A stretch of 64,000 bases of DNA, from NCBI GenBank assembly GCA_963843095.1, contig CAWJLI010000065.1, positions 1,123-65,122 on the forward strand, given 5' to 3'. Below the pieces are notes generated by a model, which did no database searches, was not told the origin of the DNA, and was given only the letters and a program-made list of their open reading frames with translations. Positions 58,035 through 64,000 of the stretch are shown here, piece after piece (position 1 is the stretch's first letter; the number at the start of each line of letters is the position of its first letter). The position numbers were made by a program, and so were the translations under genes. Origin of the DNA: Bryobacterales bacterium. GTDB lineage: Bacteria > Acidobacteriota > Terriglobia > Bryobacterales > Bryobacteraceae.

Positions 58035-59848
58035 ATGGTATCAATGCGCGAACGCTACGACGTCGTCGTCATCGGCGCCGGTCACGCCGGGTGTGAAGCC
58101 GCCCGCGCCGCCGCGCGAATGGGTCTGAAGACGGCCATCGTCACCATGAACCTGGACCTGATCGCGCAGATGTCCTGCAACCCGGCCATCGGCGGCATTG
58201 CCAAGGGTCACCTGGTGCGCGAGGTGGATGCGCTGGGCGGCGTGATGGGGGAAGTGGCCGACGCCGTGGGCATCCAGTTCCGGCTGCTCAATACCAGCCG
58301 CGGACCCGCCGTGTGGTCGCCGCGCGCGCAAATGGATAAGAAGCTGTACCGGGCTCGCATGCGCGAGGTCCTGGAGCGGGAACCGAATCTCCGCATCAAG
58401 CAAGCCGAGGTGGCCGCGCTCAATATCGATGCGGGCCGCGCCACGGGCGTCACCTTGCGCGATGGCCGCACGCTCGATTCGCGGCGCCGTGATCGTCACC
58501 ACCGGGACATTTCTGAATGGCCTGGCGCACGTGGGCGAAGCGCGCTACAGTTGCGGACGCAATGGCGAGGCGCCCTCGCGATTGTTGGGCGAGCAGTTGC
58601 GCGCGCTGGGCCTGGATTGGACCCGCCTCAAGACCGGCACGCCTCCCCGCCTGGACGGCCGCACCATCGACTGGTCGCAGTTCGAGCCCCAGCCCGGCGA
58701 TGCCGAACCCACGCCGTTCTCGTTTCTGACCGGGCGCATCGACCGCGCCCAGATCCAGTGCCACATCGGTTACACCACCGAAGAGACGCACCGCATTCTC
58801 CGCGAGGCCATTCCGCGCTCTCCTCTCTACAGCGGCCAGATTGAAGGAGTCGGTCCGCGCTACTGCCCTTCGATCGAGGATAAGATCGTCAAATTCCCCG
58901 ACAAGCTGCGCCACCAGATCTTTCTCGAGCCGGAGGGTCTCGACACCAACGAGGTGTATGTCAATGGCATGTCCACCAGCATGCCCATCGACGTGCAGGT
59001 TGCCATGGTCGCATCGGTTCCGGGGCTGGAGCATGCGGAGACGATCCGGCCCGGCTACGCGATTGAATATGACGCCATCGATCCGCGCCAGTTGGCGCAC
59101 ACGCTCGAAGTGAAATCCATCGCCGGCCTTTACCTGGCGGGCCAGATCAATGGAACGTCTGGCTACGAGGAAGCGGCGTGCCAGGGCATCGTCGCCGGCA
59201 TGAACGCGGCGGCGAAGCTGAGCGGGCGCGAGGCGGTGATCGTCGGCCGCTCGGAGGGCTATACCGGAATCCTGATCGACGACCTCATCACGAAGGGCGC
59301 CGACGAGCCGTACCGCATGTTCACCTCCCGCGCCGAGTTTCGTCTGCACCTCCGCATCGACAACGCCGACGCTCGCCTGACGCCGATGGGCCGGCGCGCG
59401 GGGCTGGTGACGGATGCGCGCTGGGACGCCTTCGAGCGCAAGCAGCGGCAGTATGAGCTGCTGAAAAAGGCGCTGGAGAAGTCACCGCAACGGGCAGTGG
59501 CTGAAGCGTCCCGAAGCGCGGATTGCGGAGATTTCAGTGGCTGGATTCGCGAGGTGCTGGGAGAAGACGCCATACCCGCGATGCTGACCACCGTCGAAAC
59601 CGAAACCAAGTACAGCGGCTATATCGGTCAGCAGGAACGCCAGATGGAGCGACTGAAGGCCGCCGAGCGCCGCCCCATCCCGGCTGGACTTCGGCTTCGA
59701 TGGCATCCCGGGTTTGTCCCGCGAGGTTCGCGACAAACTCAACCGGGTGCGTCCCGCGACCCTCGGCCAGGCCGCTCGCATCCCCGGCGTCACACCAGCC
59801 GCGGTGGCCGTCCTCGATATCTACCTGGGTCTCAGCCGTGTTTCGTGA
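58035..59848 (+). CDS. mnmG: tRNA uridine-5-carboxymethylaminomethyl modification enzyme MnmG (GidA), two frameshifts
   Basis: [16 protein letters not shown]...[24 protein letters not shown]; then [12 protein letters not shown]...[11 protein letters not shown]...; then [41 protein letters not shown]. Shifts near 58481-58487 and 59682-59688. Confidence 0.9.
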
Positions 59849-60416
59849 TCTGCTCCGCGACCGCCTGCGCGGCATCGCGGAGCTGACAGACCAGCAGGCC
59901 GAGGCGCTGGAATCTCATTACGATTTGCTGGTTCGCTGGAACCGCACGCTCAATCTCACCGCCATTCGGGACCTACCCGAGGTTGTCGAGCGCCATTACG
60001 GCGAGTCACTTTTCCTGGCGGCGCAATTGCCGGCCGGAAAGTTGCGCATCGTCGATGTGGGATCGGGCGCTGGCTTTCCCGGTCTCCCAGTCGCGGTCTA
60101 TCGCCCCGACTGCGTGGTGACGCTCATTGAATCGCACCAACGCAAAGCGGTGTTCCTGAAGGAAGCCGCGCGCGATCTCACGAACGTGCGCGTGCTGGCG
60201 CGGCGTGCCGAGCAGGTGGACCAGGAGTTCGACCTGGCCATCTCCCGCGCCGTGAGTTATAGCGATCTCTCCCTCAGCCTGAAGGCGCTGGCGCCCGCCG
60301 CAGCACTTCTGAGCGGAGCTGAAGGGCCGCCCGACGATATGGGATTCGTATGGGAACCGGCGGTACCCTTGCCTTGGGGAAAGCAGCGGTGGCTAAGGGT
60401 GGGGCTGCGGGGCTAA
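59838..60416 (+). CDS. rsmG: 16S rRNA (guanine527-N7)-methyltransferase RsmG (GidB)
   Basis: [12 protein letters not shown]...RHYGESL...[17 protein letters not shown]...[14 protein letters not shown]. The GTG start overlaps the end of mnmG. Confidence 0.85.
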   Translation: MFRDLLRDRLRGIAELTDQQAEALESHYDLLVRWNRTLNLTAIRDLPEVVERHYGESLFLAAQLPAGKLRIVDVGSGAGFPGLPVAVYRPDCVVTLIESHQRKAVFLKEAARDLTNVRVLARRAEQVDQEFDLAISRAVSYSDLSLSLKALAPAAALLSGAEGPPDDMGFVWEPAVPLPWGKQRWLRVGLRG

Positions 60417-60437
60417 GTGAGAGTTAACATAGAGACG

Positions 60438-61076
60438 ATGAACATGGCGGCTCATCACAGGGCCTTCATTTGCTTTTTGTTGCTTGGTGCCGGGCACGCC
60501 TCGCAGCCGCCCCGGCTAAGCAGCGCCGAGGATTATCGCAGGTATATCGATCCCCTGCTCCGCGTCGCGGACTTCGGCATTCACTATTACGACGACGGGG
60601 CGGCGGACGCCAGCGTGCTGTTTCCGAGTACCGAGAGCAATCCGTACGACAGACCACGTGAACCCGTGATCGCGCTGGTTCGGCTCCGGGACAAAAGTTT
60701 TCCGTTACTGATCGATTGCCTCAGCGACCCCAGAGTGACCACTGCCAACTTCGACGGCAGCTCGATAACGATGCCGATGAAGGTGCCCTTGGGGTATGTT
60801 TGCCTGGACATATTGATGGCCATAGTCGATGGCAAACCAGCAGCCAGGCCAGGGTGTGCCGACGATGGCCTTGGGGCATGCATGAATGAGGGATTCTATT
60901 TTCGGCCGGACGACTATTCGAGGTGTTGGCAGGGCGTTTGTGATCTCCGGCCGTGGGTCAACGTGGTCCAACGGAAGTGGCGGGAAGCATTCCTGCGTCG
61001 CCAGCTACGGTTCCGGAACCCGTATGACGTCATGCCGATAACCGAGTACAGGGATTTCGTCACTCGTCGGAAGTGA
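60438..61076 (+). CDS. hypothetical secreted protein
   Basis: ATG at 60438 (MNMAAHHRAFICFLLLGAGHA, signal-like). Several Cys residues. No family recognised. Confidence 0.45.
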   Translation: MNMAAHHRAFICFLLLGAGHASQPPRLSSAEDYRRYIDPLLRVADFGIHYYDDGAADASVLFPSTESNPYDRPREPVIALVRLRDKSFPLLIDCLSDPRVTTANFDGSSITMPMKVPLGYVCLDILMAIVDGKPAARPGCADDGLGACMNEGFYFRPDDYSRCWQGVCDLRPWVNVVQRKWREAFLRRQLRFRNPYDVMPITEYRDFVTRRK

Positions 61077-61210
61077 CCACGTGCCTTGCTGCCGAGGCCT
61101 GCCCGAGCCATCGGCGCTAACTGTACGGACCTGTCATCCGCTCTCCCGTGAAACCCGTTAGACTGGGCGGTGAGCCGCGGCGAGCCTCCCTTCTCGCCAG
61201 AAAGGAAGCC

Positions 61211-62749
61211 ATGAAGCTTACCAGACGAAATGCGCTCGGCCTGATGGCAGCGGCGCCCCTGGCCCGCCTGCACGCGGACGCGCCAGCAAATCTCGAGATT
61301 GCCAAAGGTCCATTCGCGGGAACGCGCGAATCGCTCGCGGCCTACCGGGTGCCGGAATGGTTCCGCGACGCCAAGTTCGGAATCTGGGCGCACTGGGGGC
61401 CGCAATCGGCTGCCGAGGATGGGGATTGGTATGCGCGCAACATGTACATCGAAGGCAGCCCCCAATACAAATACCACGTGGAGCATTATGGGCATCCCAG
61501 CAAGTTCGGTTTCAAGGATGTGATTCCGACCTGGAAGGGCGATCAGTTCGACCCCGATCGTCTGGTGGAGCTTTACAAGAAGGCCGGCGCGAAATACTTC
61601 GTCAGCATGGGCGTGCATCATGACAACTTCGACCTGTGGAACTCGAAGCACACCCGCTGGAACGCGGTGAACATGGGGCCGAAAAAGGACATCGTGGGGC
61701 TGTTCCGCCAGGCCGCGCTCAAGCACGGCCTCAAGTTCGGCGTGAGCGACCATTTGTGGATCAGCTACAAGTGGTTTGCGGTGAGCCATGCGAGCGACAA
61801 GCAGGGGCCGCTGGCGGGCATCCCGTACGATGGTACCGATCCGCAGTTTGCCGATCTTTATCATGAAGCCGATTGCGCGCAGTTCGCCGGGCCGAACGTA
61901 CAATGGAACGACGACGGCATTCCGGATTCCTGGAAGCGCCATTGGTTTGACCGCATCAAGGACCTGGCCGACCATTACCAGCCCGACCTGCTGTACACCG
62001 ATGGCCCGCTGCCGTTCGAGGAATACGGGCTGAGCCAGGTGGCTAACCTCTATAACCTCAGTGCCGCAAGGCGCCGCGGCGCGGTGGAGGCGGTCTACTC
62101 GAGCAAGCGGCCGGAGGACTGCGAGACCGGGACCTGCCTGCTCGACGTGGAGCGCGGCGTGGCCGACCGGATTCTGCCGAATCCGTGGCAGACCGATACC
62201 TGCGTCGGCGAGTGGCACTACAAGCGCGGCGTAAAATACAAGACTCCCAAGACGGTGATCGATCTGCTGGTGGATATCGTGAGCCGCAACGGCAACTTGC
62301 TGCTGAACTTCCCGCTTCCCAACAGCGGCGCACCGGACGCGGAAGAGCTGAAGATAGTCGCCGCGATCACCGATTGGATGGCGGTGAACAGCGAGGGCAT
62401 CTACGGCACTCGCCCCTGGAAGATTTTTGGCGAAGGGCCCGGGTCGCAGGTGGAGAAGAAAAGCACCTTCAACGAATCCGCACGCAAGGAGCTCACCGCC
62501 GACGATGTTCGCTTCACCACCAAGCGAAACGCGCTCTACGCCTTCTTGATGGGTTGGCCGGCGGGGAGTGCTCTCATCAAGCCGCTCGGCTCCGCCAGCC
62601 CGCAGGCGCCGGGCAAGATCGCGAACGTGGAATTGCTCGGCTACAAGGGCAAGCTCGAATGGTCGCAGACCGAAGCCGGTCTGAGCGTCACCATGCCGCC
62701 GCAGCAGCCGTCGCAGCATGCGGTCACGCTGAAGGTGGCGTTGGGCTGA
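61211..62749 (+). CDS. alpha-L-fucosidase, glycoside hydrolase family 29
   Basis: ATG at 61211 after AAAGGAAG, with a Tat-like MKLTRRNALG. AKFGIWAHWGPQS and AGAKYFVSMGVHHDNFDLWNSK are GH29 hallmarks. Confidence 0.85.
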   Translation: MKLTRRNALGLMAAAPLARLHADAPANLEIAKGPFAGTRESLAAYRVPEWFRDAKFGIWAHWGPQSAAEDGDWYARNMYIEGSPQYKYHVEHYGHPSKFGFKDVIPTWKGDQFDPDRLVELYKKAGAKYFVSMGVHHDNFDLWNSKHTRWNAVNMGPKKDIVGLFRQAALKHGLKFGVSDHLWISYKWFAVSHASDKQGPLAGIPYDGTDPQFADLYHEADCAQFAGPNVQWNDDGIPDSWKRHWFDRIKDLADHYQPDLLYTDGPLPFEEYGLSQVANLYNLSAARRRGAVEAVYSSKRPEDCETGTCLLDVERGVADRILPNPWQTDTCVGEWHYKRGVKYKTPKTVIDLLVDIVSRNGNLLLNFPLPNSGAPDAEELKIVAAITDWMAVNSEGIYGTRPWKIFGEGPGSQVEKKSTFNESARKELTADDVRFTTKRNALYAFLMGWPAGSALIKPLGSASPQAPGKIANVELLGYKGKLEWSQTEAGLSVTMPPQQPSQHAVTLKVALG

Positions 62750-62804
62750 CGGAGCCAGCCAGAACGGATTATATTCAAGGCACGGTCACCGCGGGGCGGG
62801 AGAC

Positions 62805-63983
62805 CTACCTGGCGTATTGCTGCTTCCACTGGGTGAACTCGGCGGTCAGCGTGGTCTTCACGCTGATGTACTGCTCGTTGTCGACCTGGTTGGCGCGCTC
62901 GCCGGGATCGGCGGGCAGGTCGTACAGTTCGTTGGCCCCCTTGCCGTCATCCCGCAGGACCAGCTTGTATCGCTGGGTGCGCGCCATCGCGGTGTTGCGA
63001 TACTGGCCGAATACCGTGTCGCGCCAGGTCTGCTTCTTGGGCAGGTGTTTTCCGGTGGCGAGCGGCAGGTAGCTGCGGCCGCATAAGTTGCGGGCGGGAA
63101 CCGTGGCGGAAACCAGATCGCAGAGGGTGGGCAGCAAGTCATAGGTGCTCACCGGCTCCATCCGCACCTCCTGCGCCGGCACGCGGCCGGGCCAGCACCA
63201 CAGCATCGGCACAGCGACAGATTCGTCGTACATATTGACCGGCTCGGAAGCGTCGCCGGCGGCCCATAAGCCGTGGCGGCCGAGCAGCGCGCCGCAGGTG
63301 GAAGTGAACACAACCAGCGTGCGGTCCAGCAGTTGCTTCTGCGAGATCCTGGTGGTCAGCGCGCCCACGTTGTCATCCATCATGGAGATGGCGGCCGCCA
63401 CTTTCCGCAGGTTCGCCACGCGGTCGGCAAGCAATTCCTTGCCGCTCCGCGCGTTGGCGGCGGCAATCTCCACGCTATAGTTTTCGAACTTCTCGTGGTT
63501 GTACAAGTCCAGGTATTTCGATGGAATATTTCCGTACGGGAGCTCGATAGCGGAGTAGCGAACCGTGAGAAAGAAGGGAGCGCCATCCTTCGCCTGATCG
63601 ATCAACGCCGGCGCGGCCTCCGGCGAGGCACTGTGGCAAGCGTAGCCGGCCGTGGCCAGGATCTTTTCGAGCGTGACATCGGCGGCCGAAACCGCACCCG
63701 AATTCCCGAGTTGCATCGGCGTGCGGCCCGTCATCAGAGTGGCGAAACCGGGAGCGGCGGCGGGCACGGGGGTGAAGTGGTTCAGGAAATGCGTGCCCAT
63801 TTGCCCCAGCCGGCTCAGGTTCGGCGTCTTCACTTCCTTGTTGCCGTATGCGCCCATCATCCACGAGGGCAGGTCGTCGGCCACCAGCAGCAAAATGTCA
63901 GGCGGCGTCTCGACAACCTTTTGGGCGGCGACGACGGGCAGCGCGAGGCTGCCGCAAAGAAAGTGGCGGCGGGAAATGGACAT
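62805..63983 (-). CDS. sulfatase-fold (alkaline-phosphatase superfamily) protein lacking the C/S-x-P-x-R motif
   Basis: Tat-like MSISRRHFLCGS. DILLLVADDLPSW metal site. The position of CxPxRxxxxTGR reads AAPGFATLMTGR. Confidence 0.75.
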   Translation of the reverse strand: MSISRRHFLCGSLALPVVAAQKVVETPPDILLLVADDLPSWMMGAYGNKEVKTPNLSRLGQMGTHFLNHFTPVPAAAPGFATLMTGRTPMQLGNSGAVSAADVTLEKILATAGYACHSASPEAAPALIDQAKDGAPFFLTVRYSAIELPYGNIPSKYLDLYNHEKFENYSVEIAAANARSGKELLADRVANLRKVAAAISMMDDNVGALTTRISQKQLLDRTLVVFTSTCGALLGRHGLWAAGDASEPVNMYDESVAVPMLWCWPGRVPAQEVRMEPVSTYDLLPTLCDLVSATVPARNLCGRSYLPLATGKHLPKKQTWRDTVFGQYRNTAMARTQRYKLVLRDDGKGANELYDLPADPGERANQVDNEQYISVKTTLTAEFTQWKQQYAR

Positions 63984-64000
63984 GGCTCACTAACAGTATA

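Overview
The window has two compositionally different compartments. (A) Positions 1 to about 11.5 kb are visibly AT-rich, with strong AGGAGG-type ribosome-binding sites. This part holds an S41 C-terminal processing peptidase, a Pat-like acyl-CoA-synthetase/GNAT gene broken by three frameshifts, and a family of SnoaL/ester-cyclase-like small proteins (at least four full-length copies plus remnants). It also holds other small-fold paralogs and gene stumps (Cys-rich protein x2, SRPBCC stub, ALDH stub), two GC-rich fragments of one IS630-family transposase in permuted order, and two inverted copies of a small zinc-ribbon gene about 11 kb apart. (B) From about 12.6 kb to the end the DNA is strongly GC-rich and looks like an Acidobacteria-type chromosome; that assignment is an inference from the gene content. 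It carries adk, a hopanoid side-chain cluster (hpnJ, two half-size DMT proteins, hpnI), an orphan nuoM, dnaB, larB and a large Ser/Thr kinase. Further along are a VapBC pair next to a type II R-M pair, an ECF sigma/anti-sigma operon with two ABC transporter pairs, amtB-glnK-glmS, purD, mnmG-rsmG, and glycan-degradation genes (GH28, GH127, GH29, a sulfatase-fold protein, a VWFA-related protein). tRNA-Ser(UGA) and tRNA-Arg(CCU) are present. The junction between A and B (11.5-12.6 kb) runs through an IS21 istB remnant, an orphan ORF and a 44-nt 3' fragment of tRNA-Glu(UUC). I read that fragment as an att-like scar of an integrated element, but a chimeric assembly is the alternative. Many genes in both compartments, including purD and mnmG, carry single-nucleotide frameshifts, which suggests uncorrected indel errors and/or decay. 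I saw no rRNA genes and no CRISPR array. All calls come from reading the ORF translations and the DNA by eye; no database search or computation was run.
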